Sequence record: LT603033.1
DNA length: 64,000 nucleotides
Reading direction: 5' to 3' (one strand)
The notes beneath the pieces were generated by a model. The model was not told the DNA's origin. It saw only the letters and a list, made by a program, of their open reading frames with translations, and made no database searches. The position numbers were made by a program, and so were the translations under genes. Each line of letters begins with the position of its first letter. The stretch's first letter is position 1. Below, in pieces: positions 29,091 to 39,012 of the stretch.

Positions 29091-30014
29091 ATGACAATGA
29101 ATCCAAATGAAGAAAAATTTATTAATGCAGTGAATGAAAAGTATGGTACTGGTGTGTATTTGTTTGATAAAATGGTATATATTAATGCTCATAAACAGGT
29201 TGAACTTTATTGTGTAGAAGGTTGTCATTATTTCAAAATCACTCCTATGCAAATAGTCCGACCTTCTGCAAAAGGATGTAACATTTGTCAAAAAAACACA
29301 GCATACACGACCGAAACGTTTATTGAAAAAGTTAAAACCATCCATCCAACATTGTCATTTGAGAAAACTATCTACAAAAAACAAAGTGACAGTAATGGGC
29401 GAGTCATCGTTACATGTCATAATGATCCGAATGATGTGCATGATTGGGAAGTATCAGCCGCAACATTATTAAAAGGAAAAACTAGTTGTGGAATATGTTC
29501 TGGTAAAGGTGGAAGAAGTACTGAACGTTTCATTGAACTTGTGTCGCCTATCCATAACCATAAGTATGATTATAGCTTGGTGGATTACAAGACTAGTGAT
29601 GAACATGTGGATATTATTTGTCCTGAACATGGTGTCTTTAAACAAATACCCAAATCTCATATGGCAGGAAGAGGATGTCCATCATGTGGTGAGTATGGTT
29701 ATCAACCATCAAAACCTGGATATTTCTATGTTCAAAAACTAACTAACAATGACAAGACGGTGTACAAGTATGGAATCACTGGTGATATGAAACGCCGTGT
29801 AAACGAACAAAGTCGCAATTCTGAGTTCGAGCATGAAGTACTTGTAGAACGCTACTTTGAAGATGGCAATCAACCATTACTGTTGGAAAAGTTCATAAAG
29901 AAATACATTGAAAGTGGTGTTGTAAGTACTGAAGAGTTACCGTCAGGATTTACTGAAACATTTGATGCTAAGTATCTTGAAAGTGTTTTAGAAATTGTAA
30001 ATACTTTTAAGTAA
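29091..30014 (+). mobile_element. Free-standing homing endonuclease: three Zn-finger-like repeats plus C-terminal GIY-YIG (Seg-like) domain
   Basis: Repeats ending CNIC, CGIC and CPSC (CPEHGVFKQIPKSHMAGRGCPSC, DUF723-like); GYFYVQKL...YKYGITGDMKRR GIY-YIG motif; inserted right after gp23. Confidence 0.8.
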
Positions 30015-30037
30015 ACAATCTAAAGGAGTTGACACGG

Positions 30038-30388
30038 ATGTTAACTGTATACAAATTTAACAAAGAAGAGTACTTAAAGAGTCAGTACTCAAATATAGAA
30101 ATAAATGTTCCTTATGGTACGTTAGTTGGATATGATGAAGCCACTGAAACATTGTATTATAATGATGATAGATTGGATTATAGTTTAGATTCTTTTATAG
30201 AAGATATACTAAACACACATACTGAAGATATGTTATATGAAGAATACATAGATCATTATAGGGAACGTATGTCACAATTACACTCAGACGCTCCAGTACT
30301 AAACATTACACAAGAACCTTCTGAATTTCAGCCCCATAATCCTTTTCAACGTTTAATAGATATTGGTTTGAAATTCACTATTAGTTGA
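30038..30388 (+). CDS. Hypothetical protein
   Basis: AAGGAG then ATG at 30038 (track start 30029 is TTG); no recognised motif. Confidence 0.5.
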   Translation: MLTVYKFNKEEYLKSQYSNIEINVPYGTLVGYDEATETLYYNDDRLDYSLDSFIEDILNTHTEDMLYEEYIDHYRERMSQLHSDAPVLNITQEPSEFQPHNPFQRLIDIGLKFTIS

Positions 30389-30409
30389 TAGATAAATATC
30401 TCCATATTA

Positions 30410-30736
30410 ATGATGGAGATTGAATCTATGTCACAGATATGTTATGTTATAATAAATTCTGCATGGCCTGAGTATGTTAAAATTGGTTTTACTTCAAAAT
30501 CAGAAATGACAGAACGTCTAAGAACGTATCAGACTGCTACACCATTTCGTGACTTTGAAGTATATCATGAAGTTCATTTTGATGATGCACGTTTGGCTGA
30601 AAAAGAAATACATAAAAGGCTTAAGCAGATGAATGCAACTAGACAACCCAATACCGAGTGGTTTAAAATGTCTAAAAAGATAGCAGCCAACATTATTGAT
30701 TCCGTATGGGATGATATGGATAACGACTTGCTATAG
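30410..30736 (+). CDS. T5orf172/MUG113-type GIY-YIG domain protein
   Basis: CYVIINSAWPEYVKIGFT...ERLRTYQTATP...AEKEIHKRL...TEWF. Confidence 0.75.
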   Translation: MMEIESMSQICYVIINSAWPEYVKIGFTSKSEMTERLRTYQTATPFRDFEVYHEVHFDDARLAEKEIHKRLKQMNATRQPNTEWFKMSKKIAANIIDSVWDDMDNDLL

Positions 30737-30776
30737 GAATAAATATAGTATATATTAATCATAAAGGGATTTATAC

Positions 30777-32387
30777 ATGAGCATAAGTTTTAATAACCCA
30801 TTGGATACAATGACCAGTACTGGTGCTAATGGATCTTTAGAACTAATAGTGCTTGGTGGTACACCAACTAACCCAAGACCTATTCGTTTTAACTCGTCAT
30901 CAGTTATCATACCAGTACAAACTTTACCAACTGGTGAACAAGGTGCAATGGTCTTTGATAGAAACGAGTTAGTTTTGAAGTATCATAACGGTACTAGTTG
31001 GATTGCAGTATACGATACTGATACCATTTTAGAACCAATTAGAATTTCACTTGATGAAGTAAATAGAAAACTAAATTTAAAAGTAGAAAGTGTAACTTAT
31101 AGTAGTAGTACTGTTCCTAGTGCAAGTATTAGTGGAACAAACTTAAACATTGTATTCCCTACTGCTTCTAGTGGTGGTTCTGGTCCAACTGGTCTTTACA
31201 CTTCACTTAAACCTGGTGCTATTACACAATATTCATTGACTTCTGGTCAATCTGTTGCTAGTATACGTGAACAAATGTCAGGACAATCGAATGGACAAAG
31301 TGGGAGAAACGGTTCACAAGGTGCTCCGTGGAAAACGTCTGACGGTTGGTGTTTTGCTGATGGTATGTGGTGGCAATGGGAGGGGGAAAATGGTACAATT
31401 ACCAAACAAGTACCAAACCTTAACCAAAACGCGTACTTAAAAGGGATATCCACATCAGGTGTAACTAAAACTGATAGTGTTATTGGTAGTAGCGGTAATA
31501 TTAGCGGCACAGTATTAAGTGTTGCCCAATTACCATCACACTCATTTAGTTTTAGTGGGACCACAGGGGCTGCTGGTCGTCATGGTCATAGTCAAGCACT
31601 AAAAGGTATGGACCGTAGTGGTCTAAATGCGTTAACTTCAAGTAATGATAACGGTATACCAACTGTAATCAATAACATTAACGAAGCACCAGACCACATT
31701 CACTCATTTAGTGGAAACACTAACACACTTGGTGGAAACCAACCACACTATCATGGTATTAGTAACATTGATGTGGAACACTTTAACGTTGCATATCTAT
31801 ATAACATTGCTGAATCTAACGTCGCATTGAGTGAAAAAGTTGCAAACACTCGTTATGTACTAAAAACTGGTGATACAATGACTGGTTCATTGACTATTGC
31901 AAACAGTGCGTCAATTAAGTCAAATGATACATCATTAGTTCTATATTTCCGTAACGCAAGCGGTGGTGAGCGTGCGGCAGTGTATCATAACTCTTCAAAT
32001 AATACATTGAGATTACGTTCCGGTGGAGCAGAAGTTACTGTAAACTCTTCTGGTACTTTAGCTGCTCCATCATTAACTGTTTCTAACAACTCAGCTACTG
32101 TTGGTGGTAAAAATATTGTTCGTTCAATTAACGGTACTGCTGCTGATGCTAGTGGCAACGTTACTTTGCAAATTAGTACTAATAACGTACAAAGTATTCG
32201 TTTGAGTGCACGTATTGAAACAAGTAAAATACCTGATTCTTCATGGACATATACACCAGAAGGTGCATTTATGGATGGCGTATGGATTTCTGTTAATGGT
32301 AGTTCAGGCACTCACTTAGAACGAATTAGTTATCGCTATGTTCAAATGCAAATAAATGGTAACTGGGAAACAGTACGTCAACAATAA
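30777..32387 (+). CDS. Tail fibre protein (collar-like domain, His-box shaft, receptor-binding tip)
   Basis: PGAITQY...GWCFADG...VPNL tail-collar pattern; QLPSHSFSFSGTT, GRHGH, DHIHSFSG HxH boxes; C-terminal ISYRYVQMQINGNWETV; followed by an assembly chaperone. Confidence 0.8.
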   Translation: MSISFNNPLDTMTSTGANGSLELIVLGGTPTNPRPIRFNSSSVIIPVQTLPTGEQGAMVFDRNELVLKYHNGTSWIAVYDTDTILEPIRISLDEVNRKLNLKVESVTYSSSTVPSASISGTNLNIVFPTASSGGSGPTGLYTSLKPGAITQYSLTSGQSVASIREQMSGQSNGQSGRNGSQGAPWKTSDGWCFADGMWWQWEGENGTITKQVPNLNQNAYLKGISTSGVTKTDSVIGSSGNISGTVLSVAQLPSHSFSFSGTTGAAGRHGHSQALKGMDRSGLNALTSSNDNGIPTVINNINEAPDHIHSFSGNTNTLGGNQPHYHGISNIDVEHFNVAYLYNIAESNVALSEKVANTRYVLKTGDTMTGSLTIANSASIKSNDTSLVLYFRNASGGERAAVYHNSSNNTLRLRSGGAEVTVNSSGTLAAPSLTVSNNSATVGGKNIVRSINGTAADASGNVTLQISTNNVQSIRLSARIETSKIPDSSWTYTPEGAFMDGVWISVNGSSGTHLERISYRYVQMQINGNWETVRQQ

Positions 32388-32397
32388 GGAATGTGTA

Positions 32398-32913
32398 ATG
32401 CAACTAACAAATTTTAAGATGTATGAAAAAGAAGGTGGTAATCCTAATTCTTTGTATATGATGTCCGATGAAGGTATGGATTGGTATGAATCTCGTGAAT
32501 TGTTTGACATTAATAAAGCAAAATTTATGTATGATACTAATGGTTTAATTGTTTCAGCATCATATAACATTTATGATCTAGTACCTTTAGGTTTTAGTGT
32601 TTCTGAAATTGAATATGATGGTGATATTAACAAACTTTATGGTATGGTTTACGATGGAAATACTATTCATGACTATATTGAAACTAAAGAAGAAAAAATT
32701 GAACGCCTAAAAAATGAATTATCTAATTTGAAATACATTGCAATTCAAGAACTTGGACACTTAAAAACTGCTATGGATCTTGAGTTAGCAACTGATGAAG
32801 AAGCTGTATTGTTTGTAAAATTGAAAGATTATGTAACGCAATTGAATTCAATCAAACCAGCAGACATGATCAAGAAAACATTTTCATTTCCAGTTAAACC
32901 GGAAAAAAAATGA
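32398..32913 (+). CDS. Tail fibre assembly chaperone (Tfa-like)
   Basis: Start moved to ATG 32398. SDEGMDWYESRELF...MYDTNGLIV N-terminus and AMDLELATDEE...FPVKP C-terminus are Tfa/DUF4376-like. Confidence 0.75.
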   Translation: MQLTNFKMYEKEGGNPNSLYMMSDEGMDWYESRELFDINKAKFMYDTNGLIVSASYNIYDLVPLGFSVSEIEYDGDINKLYGMVYDGNTIHDYIETKEEKIERLKNELSNLKYIAIQELGHLKTAMDLELATDEEAVLFVKLKDYVTQLNSIKPADMIKKTFSFPVKPEKK

Positions 32914-32939
32914 GACAACACGTAAAGACGTGATACAAT
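32911..32939 (+). promoter_or_regulatory. YGRGACA-N16-TATAAT class promoter (dsbA-like gene and DNA polymerase)
   Basis: TGAGACA-ACACGTAAAGACGTGA-TACAAT. Confidence 0.65.
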
Positions 32940-33004
32940 TAAGTCATCTCACCGATTGTGGTGAGGTGACATTTTTTTTGAAAACACACATGGAGAAATA
33001 CAAA

Positions 33005-33307
33005 ATGGCTAAATCTAAAAAAGAAGTTAAAGTTGAAATTCGTGATCTAAACGATGAACAACGTAAACGTCTCGGCGATGCACTTAACAACATTGTTGTA
33101 CAACTAACTTTCATTGATGATACCAAAGCATCCTTATCTGATTTTGTTTCTAGTGTTTCTGATGAACTTGGTATCGATGCATCTGATATCAAACAAGCTG
33201 CACAACGTATGTACAAAGGTGATTACTTTGACAAACAAAATAAACTCGATAATATCGAAACTATTCTTAGTGTTACTAATAATCTTCCACAAGCAGATGA
33301 TTACTAA
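33005..33307 (+). CDS. Double-stranded DNA-binding protein (T4 DsbA-like)
   Basis: Start moved to ATG 33005 (GGAG upstream); 100 aa with VSDELGID...RMYK pattern recalled from the phage DsbA family. Confidence 0.5.
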   Translation: MAKSKKEVKVEIRDLNDEQRKRLGDALNNIVVQLTFIDDTKASLSDFVSSVSDELGIDASDIKQAAQRMYKGDYFDKQNKLDNIETILSVTNNLPQADDY

Positions 33308-33329
33308 TTAGTACTAAAATATATTAAAT

Positions 33330-33357
33330 AGCCTCCAATGACGGAGGCTTTCTTTTT
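33330..33357 (+). terminator. Intrinsic terminator between dsbA-like gene and polymerase
   Basis: AGCCTCC-AATGAC-GGAGGCT followed by TTCTTTTT. Confidence 0.7.
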
Positions 33358-33386
33358 AACTTAATAAACGTAAGGGAATACAAACG

Positions 33387-36300
33387 ATGTATATCGATGC
33401 TTATATGGAACGTAAACGTACTGGTGATATTCTTCATGTAGTTGAACGTAAGAATGGTAAACGTATTCTACGCGAATTAGAACCAGTATATGAATATTAT
33501 GTTGAATCCCCACAAGGAACACATAAAACTGTTTATGGTACAATGGCTAAACATTTTGAGTTTCAAACTCAAGCTCAAATGAATAAAAGTGTAGAGAAAC
33601 ACAAAAGTGAAGGTCTACGTATTTTTGAAAGTGATTGTAACATTACATTTAAAACATTAGCCAAAGAATATATGGGAAAAGGCTCACCCGATTTGAACAT
33701 CGTGTTCTTCGATATCGAGACTGATTTCCATAAGAAATTTGGTTATGCTCCACCATCAGACCCGTTTAACCGAGTAACCGCTATTTCTCTATATCAATCA
33801 TGGACTGGAAAGGATTATGTACTTACTTTACCACCTGCTGATATGGAAATTTATGAAGCACAAGATATTGTTCGCCAACTAAATGAAGAAACAAACGATC
33901 CTAACAGTACTGTAATTTTATATACAGACGAAAAGGAAATGTTTATGGAATTCTTTAGTTTAATTGATGATTCTGATGTTATTTCAGGATGGAATAGTGA
34001 ATTCTTTGATATTCCATATATGATCAATCGAACTAAAAAAATCTTCAATGAAGCAACAACTGCTCGTTGGTGTTTATGGAATAAAAAACCAAATTCACGT
34101 GAAGCAGACAACTTTGGTAAAACTGTTCAAACATATGATCTGGTAGGTCGCGTCCATCTTGATTATTTGGCTTTGTATAAGAAACATGCTGGTCAAGTTG
34201 AACAATCTTATAAACTAGATTATATTGCTGAAAAAGTAACTAAAGAAAATAAAGTATCCTATGAAGGTTCATTGGATAAACTTTACAGAGAGGATTACAT
34301 TACTTTCTTGCGTTATTCTAAACAGGATAGTATTCTTCTTAAAAAGATTGATGCTAAATGTGACTATATCAACCTACACAATCGACTTGCACACAAAGAA
34401 TGTGTACTTATCAGTACAACAATGGGTTCAGTAGCACTAATCGACACTGCTATTATCAACTTAGCACATACTCGTGGTGAAGTTGTTTTCAACAAAGCAC
34501 CGAAAGATGATCTTGAGTTTGATCCAGAAATGGAATATTATGGTGAAGATGGTGAAGATGAAGATGAGAAAATTAGTGCAAAAGCAGCAGGTGCATGGGT
34601 ACAAGATCCAGTACTAGGACTTGTAAGTGACCTTGGGTGTACTGACTTTAACTCTCTTTACCCTACTGTTCTACGTACTTTGGGTATGAGTACTGAATGT
34701 ATTCTTGGTCAATTACGTCAAGATTACACCGATGCGTATCTTGCAGCTAAAATCCAAGAACAGAAGAACAAATCTAAATCTAAATCATTTGAACCAGATT
34801 GGACTGCGGCATGGCATGGTTTATTTGCTGCTGTTGAATTTACAATGGTTCATGAAAAGTCAGAAGAAACATTGATTGTTGATTTAGAAGATGGGAGTTC
34901 TTTTAAAGCAACGGGCAAAGAGCTATATGATATTATTTTTGCAGAAGATAGTACTATTGTACTTAGTGCAAACGGAACACTTTTTGATAAGTCTAAGTCT
35001 GGTGTAATTCCTGACATTCTAACTCAATGGTATTCTGAACGTAAAGCACAGCAAAAAATGGTCATTGACTACAAACATATGTATACTGATGGTTGGGAGT
35101 TTAATGGCTATGAAAAAGTTGAACCACTACTATCAAACTATACCCCTGGTACAATGTTTAGAACTAATATTCATGATAATGATCCTGTATACTTACTTCG
35201 TAAAGAAATTGGTAAAGGACAGTGGGATGAAGTTGCTAAGTTGATTGTAGAAAACGGATTAGTACTAAAAGATGGTCGTATTTTCTGTCCTAAAGAAGAA
35301 AAAGATTACTTCAAACAACGTAGTGCTTTCTGGAAACAGAACCAACAGATTCGTAAGATTCTTCTAAACAGTCTATATGGTGCACTATTGAACAAAGGTT
35401 CTCGTTTTTTTGACAAACGTTTAGGTCAATCCGTAACATTAACTGGACGTTCTATGACCAAACATATGGCAAGTCGTATCAATGAAATTACTACTGGTGT
35501 ATATAACCACCAAGGTGGTTCAGTAATTTATGGTGATACTGACTCAGTTTACTTTAGTGTAACTCATTATCTGAAAGAACAAGGTATTCCATATAATCTA
35601 TCTAAAGAAGAGATTGTTGATATGTATATTAAAATTGGTGAAGAAGTTGGTGAATCTTTCCCATCATTTATGCATGAGATGTTCAACACTGGTATTGAAA
35701 AAGGTAAGATTGTTGGTGCAGACCTTGAGATGGTTGGTTCGCGTGGCCTATTCTTGAAGAAAAAACGTTATGCAATTCTGAAGTACTGGGAAGATGGGTT
35801 CCGTAAAGATATTGATGGTAAACCAGGTGAAATCAAAGCGATGGGTCTTGAAATTAAACGCTCAGACACGCCAAAATACATCCAGAACTTCCTAGAAGAG
35901 ACTCTAATCGCATTACTGGTAGGTGAGAGTGAACAACAGCTAAAACAGCGTGTACGTGAGTTTAAGGACGTATTTAAGGATATGCCTGTACATGAAAAAG
36001 GTTCACCAAAAACTGTAAAAAACTACACTAATTTAGAGGCTGAATATCAGCTAACTGGTAAGTGTAAAGTTGGTCACGTTCTTGCTGGTATCCAATGGAA
36101 CCGTCTACGTGAAGTTTATGATGATAAATCTGTACCAGAAGTAACGGATGGAACAAAAGTAATTGTCTGTAACTTAAAAGATAATCCTATGGGAATTAAA
36201 GCTGTTGGTTATCCAATTGACTGTGTTGAGTATCTTCCAGAATGGTTCTTGGAACTACCATTTGATACTGAAAAAATGGAAGAGATTGTTCTAACTAAAA

Positions 36301-36392
36301 AATTAGAGAATATTTTTGGTATTTTGGATATGGATATTGGTATTCATGAAAAAAGTACTGCGTCAGTAAACAATGGATTCTTCACTTGGTAA
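33387..36392 (+). CDS. gp43: Family B DNA polymerase
   Basis: Exo motifs FFDIETD, GWNSEFFDIPY, YSKQD; polymerase motifs DFNSLYP, KILLNSLYG, YGDTDS; 1001 aa, uninterrupted. Confidence 0.95.
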   Translation: MYIDAYMERKRTGDILHVVERKNGKRILRELEPVYEYYVESPQGTHKTVYGTMAKHFEFQTQAQMNKSVEKHKSEGLRIFESDCNITFKTLAKEYMGKGSPDLNIVFFDIETDFHKKFGYAPPSDPFNRVTAISLYQSWTGKDYVLTLPPADMEIYEAQDIVRQLNEETNDPNSTVILYTDEKEMFMEFFSLIDDSDVISGWNSEFFDIPYMINRTKKIFNEATTARWCLWNKKPNSREADNFGKTVQTYDLVGRVHLDYLALYKKHAGQVEQSYKLDYIAEKVTKENKVSYEGSLDKLYREDYITFLRYSKQDSILLKKIDAKCDYINLHNRLAHKECVLISTTMGSVALIDTAIINLAHTRGEVVFNKAPKDDLEFDPEMEYYGEDGEDEDEKISAKAAGAWVQDPVLGLVSDLGCTDFNSLYPTVLRTLGMSTECILGQLRQDYTDAYLAAKIQEQKNKSKSKSFEPDWTAAWHGLFAAVEFTMVHEKSEETLIVDLEDGSSFKATGKELYDIIFAEDSTIVLSANGTLFDKSKSGVIPDILTQWYSERKAQQKMVIDYKHMYTDGWEFNGYEKVEPLLSNYTPGTMFRTNIHDNDPVYLLRKEIGKGQWDEVAKLIVENGLVLKDGRIFCPKEEKDYFKQRSAFWKQNQQIRKILLNSLYGALLNKGSRFFDKRLGQSVTLTGRSMTKHMASRINEITTGVYNHQGGSVIYGDTDSVYFSVTHYLKEQGIPYNLSKEEIVDMYIKIGEEVGESFPSFMHEMFNTGIEKGKIVGADLEMVGSRGLFLKKKRYAILKYWEDGFRKDIDGKPGEIKAMGLEIKRSDTPKYIQNFLEETLIALLVGESEQQLKQRVREFKDVFKDMPVHEKGSPKTVKNYTNLEAEYQLTGKCKVGHVLAGIQWNRLREVYDDKSVPEVTDGTKVIVCNLKDNPMGIKAVGYPIDCVEYLPEWFLELPFDTEKMEEIVLTKKLENIFGILDMDIGIHEKSTASVNNGFFTW

Positions 36393-36403
36393 GGAGTAAT
36401 AAT

Positions 36404-36553
36404 ATGGTTATTGTAAATGAAATTGAACTAAACTATGACGAAGTAAACGATACTTTCACTAATGAGATGTTGAATCTTACTGAAGAAAGTGTAAATGAGG
36501 CATGGGAAAAATATGTAGAATGGACTTCATTACAAGGTAAAAATGATGAGTAA
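36404..36553 (+). CDS. Small acidic hypothetical protein (49 aa, below track cutoff)
   Basis: AAGGAG RBS then MVIVNEIELNYDEVNDTFTNEMLNLTEESVNEAWEKYVEWTSLQGKNDE*; fills the gap after gp43 and overlaps the next start. Confidence 0.6.
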   Translation: MVIVNEIELNYDEVNDTFTNEMLNLTEESVNEAWEKYVEWTSLQGKNDE

Positions 36554-36842
36554 TATATATAAGCGTATTGGTGAAGTATTAGAAGGTAATGGTATCATTA
36601 ATTCTGTACTAGCATATGATAATGATGAAGAAGTAGTTCTAATTGGTGCGGGTTTTACTCGCACTGGTTCAGTGGAAGTTGACGGAGAGATTGCTGATGT
36701 TTACACTCTTGTGAAAAAGCGTAAAGTTGTTTTTGTCGATGATGTACATACATTAAAAGACTTGAAAAAATTACGCGATAAAATTGGCATGAGTTCTACA
36801 ATTGATAAGCCTTATCTTCAACGTTGGAATACAAAATACTGA
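36543..36842 (+). CDS. Hypothetical protein
   Basis: 99-aa ORF, in operon orientation, with phage-like composition. Confidence 0.55.
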   Translation: MMSNIYKRIGEVLEGNGIINSVLAYDNDEEVVLIGAGFTRTGSVEVDGEIADVYTLVKKRKVVFVDDVHTLKDLKKLRDKIGMSSTIDKPYLQRWNTKY

Positions 36843-36850
36843 TAAAAAAT

Positions 36851-36879
36851 TGAGACAAGCATCATTTTTGAGATATAAT
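36851..36879 (+). promoter_or_regulatory. YGRGACA-N16-TATAAT class promoter (sliding clamp)
   Basis: TGAGACA-AGCATCATTTTTGAGA-TATAAT. Confidence 0.65.
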
Positions 36880-36943
36880 GGTGCTTGTAGTAATCTTACA
36901 TAAAAACATTTTTTGATTAACAAATAAAACGGAGAATTATATA

Positions 36944-37675
36944 ATGGATCTACGCAACGTACTACGTGACCTCGTAAACACAACCAGTGGTATTGACTTC
37001 TCTTGTATTGCAGTAAGCAGTGAAGACCGTGGTGAAGGACAACGTGTATATCTAGAAGCGTACACAGATGACCGAACTCTTGTAATGCGAGCATATACTA
37101 AAGAAGATGTTCCTGAAGTTCAGGGTCGTTTTGGCTTAGGTAATCTAGGTCTTCTTCAGGGTCTAATGTCTCTAAAAACATACAGTACCGAAGGAACCAC
37201 AATCACATCAAATGTTAAAGATGGTTCAGTTAAAAGTCTGGCATTTAAATCTGAAGATGCAAGCACTACATTTATGGTACAAGCTGAAAAACTTATTCCA
37301 GTTCAACCACGTTTTCATGAACAACCATATGACGTACAGGTTATTCCTAGTGCAGCAAAAGTTCAGGAACTAAAGAGTTTTTCTGGTGTATTTAAATCTT
37401 TTAGTTCTCTTGTAACTCCGTATACTGAAGGTGACACCCTATACTTTCACGTTGGTGAGAAAAACAAAAGTAACCACGTTGGTTCTCTAGCTTTTTCTAA
37501 AACTGAAGGTGAATTAGGTCTTGGTTTTGGTTATAATATTGATCGCGTACTTCAAGCATTATCTCGCGTATCTAATGCCGAATCAGTATCACTTGGTATT
37601 ACTAAAACTGGTATGCTAAATGTAACACTAGATACTGGAATTGCAGTATACAAATTTTACGTAACAGGCTGCTAA
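36944..37675 (+). CDS. Probable sliding clamp (gp45-like)
   Basis: 243 aa (clamp size) near PolB; RFGLGNLGLLQGLM resembles the gp45 FGIYDL region; two-domain beta-rich pattern. Confidence 0.55.
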   Translation: MDLRNVLRDLVNTTSGIDFSCIAVSSEDRGEGQRVYLEAYTDDRTLVMRAYTKEDVPEVQGRFGLGNLGLLQGLMSLKTYSTEGTTITSNVKDGSVKSLAFKSEDASTTFMVQAEKLIPVQPRFHEQPYDVQVIPSAAKVQELKSFSGVFKSFSSLVTPYTEGDTLYFHVGEKNKSNHVGSLAFSKTEGELGLGFGYNIDRVLQALSRVSNAESVSLGITKTGMLNVTLDTGIAVYKFYVTGC

Positions 37676-37683
37676 TATAAATA
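37676..37683 (+). promoter_or_regulatory. T4-type late promoter (TATAAATA) for FmdB-like/GroES genes
   Basis: Exact consensus right after the clamp stop, followed by hairpin GGGGAAC/GTTCCCC. Confidence 0.6.
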
Positions 37684-37739
37684 ACGGGGAACACTATGTT
37701 CCCCAAATTAGTTTGATTTAAAAAGTAAAGGAATACAAA

Positions 37740-37946
37740 ATGCCATTATATACATATCGTTGTGAAAAAGAAGAATGCAAACATAGCATGGAAAAAATTG
37801 TTAAAATTGCAAATCGTGATGAACCTCATGATTGTCCTAAATGTAATGGTGAAAAAACTATGAAGTTGGAAGTGTTCACTCCAGGTGATAAGGGTGCTAA
37901 TCTTTATTTCCGTGGAAAATGGTTTGCAAATACTGGAGGTTACTGA
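37740..37946 (+). CDS. FmdB-family zinc-ribbon protein
   Basis: MPLYTYRC...C...CPKC...FRGKWFANTGGY. Confidence 0.8.
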   Translation: MPLYTYRCEKEECKHSMEKIVKIANRDEPHDCPKCNGEKTMKLEVFTPGDKGANLYFRGKWFANTGGY

Positions 37947-37947
37947 T

Positions 37948-38247
37948 ATGAAAATTAAAATGATTAATGATTACGTTCTTGTTCGACAAATTGAAGCACA
38001 GAATAAAAGTACTGGTGGTATTATTCTAGGTAATGTTGAACCACCATGTATTGGGATGGTAATTTCCGTTGGTCCAGGTAAAATTCTTCCGAACGGACAA
38101 CTTGCAGAACATAATATTAAAGAAGGTGATATGGTTGTGTTTGGTCGTTCATCTTTGAACACGCCACTGACTGAAGATCTTGGTGGCGGCGAAGATACAT
38201 ATTATGTAATGAAAATCGAAGAGATTTTTGGTAAGAAAAATGGCTAA
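37948..38247 (+). CDS. groES: Co-chaperonin GroES/Cpn10 (gp31-like role)
   Basis: Start moved to ATG 37948 (GGAGG RBS); DYVLVR...KSTGGIIL...GMVISVGPGK...IKEGDMVVF. Confidence 0.9.
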   Translation: MKIKMINDYVLVRQIEAQNKSTGGIILGNVEPPCIGMVISVGPGKILPNGQLAEHNIKEGDMVVFGRSSLNTPLTEDLGGGEDTYYVMKIEEIFGKKNG

Positions 38248-38965
38248 AAAGAAATTTATTCCATTTTGGATGGTCCCTGCTCACTGGGGACTTTCTGGAA
38301 AGGCAAAAGAGATAGCTAAAGCATACTACTACAATGATGATTATGAAGCTGATATGAAAGTTGCTGAATTGACATATCTAACTCCATATGAAGTTGAAGT
38401 GGCCCAATTGGATATTAAAAAGAAATATAGCGTAATTGGAGATTTGGAATATCTAATTGCTGTACTTGATGTTGAACTAAAATATTCTAAAATTACTCGT
38501 GAACAGTATGATGTTAAAGTTCTTGATGCAAAACTAAGTATTGGAGTTATTACAGAAAAAGAATATGATATGGAAATCATTGAGTTAATGCCAGAAGGTG
38601 ATGAAAAAAGGCTTAAGGCTATTGAATTTGCATATCGTTACGATGAAATCACACAAAGTGAATATTCTAAGGAAATATACACACTTCGTAAAGAACCTTG
38701 GATTGATTTGGATGTTGTTCTTGATCCTGAAACTAATGAAGTTGAGTTTGTATTTGACTATAATGAATATTTCTGGAAAAAGTTGAAAGCTGAAGGTCAT
38801 CCAGGAAATGATGAAGAAGAAATTATCGATAACTTTGTGAGAGACTTGGGGCGTAAACTTGCTACGGATGATTTCAGTGATGATTACGACACAAAGCTGG
38901 TGAGTGCGAACGAAGGATTAGACAAGCTACCTGGTTTGCCTGAAGGATTTCGTTCATATAGATAA
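38240..38965 (+). CDS. Hypothetical protein
   Basis: Start moved to ATG 38240 (MAKKKFIPFWMVPAHWGLSG); acidic, with internal Y-x-I-T-x-x-E-Y quasi-repeats. Confidence 0.6.
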   Translation: MAKKKFIPFWMVPAHWGLSGKAKEIAKAYYYNDDYEADMKVAELTYLTPYEVEVAQLDIKKKYSVIGDLEYLIAVLDVELKYSKITREQYDVKVLDAKLSIGVITEKEYDMEIIELMPEGDEKRLKAIEFAYRYDEITQSEYSKEIYTLRKEPWIDLDVVLDPETNEVEFVFDYNEYFWKKLKAEGHPGNDEEEIIDNFVRDLGRKLATDDFSDDYDTKLVSANEGLDKLPGLPEGFRSYR

Positions 38966-38970
38966 CATAT

Positions 38971-39004
38971 AAAAAAAGGAGAGCAAATGCTCTCCTTTTC
39001 TTTT
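38971..39004. terminator. Bidirectional terminator between convergent genes
   Basis: A7-GGAGAGC-AAAT-GCTCTCC-TTTTCTTTT. Confidence 0.85.
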
Positions 39005-39012
39005 GAAAAATA

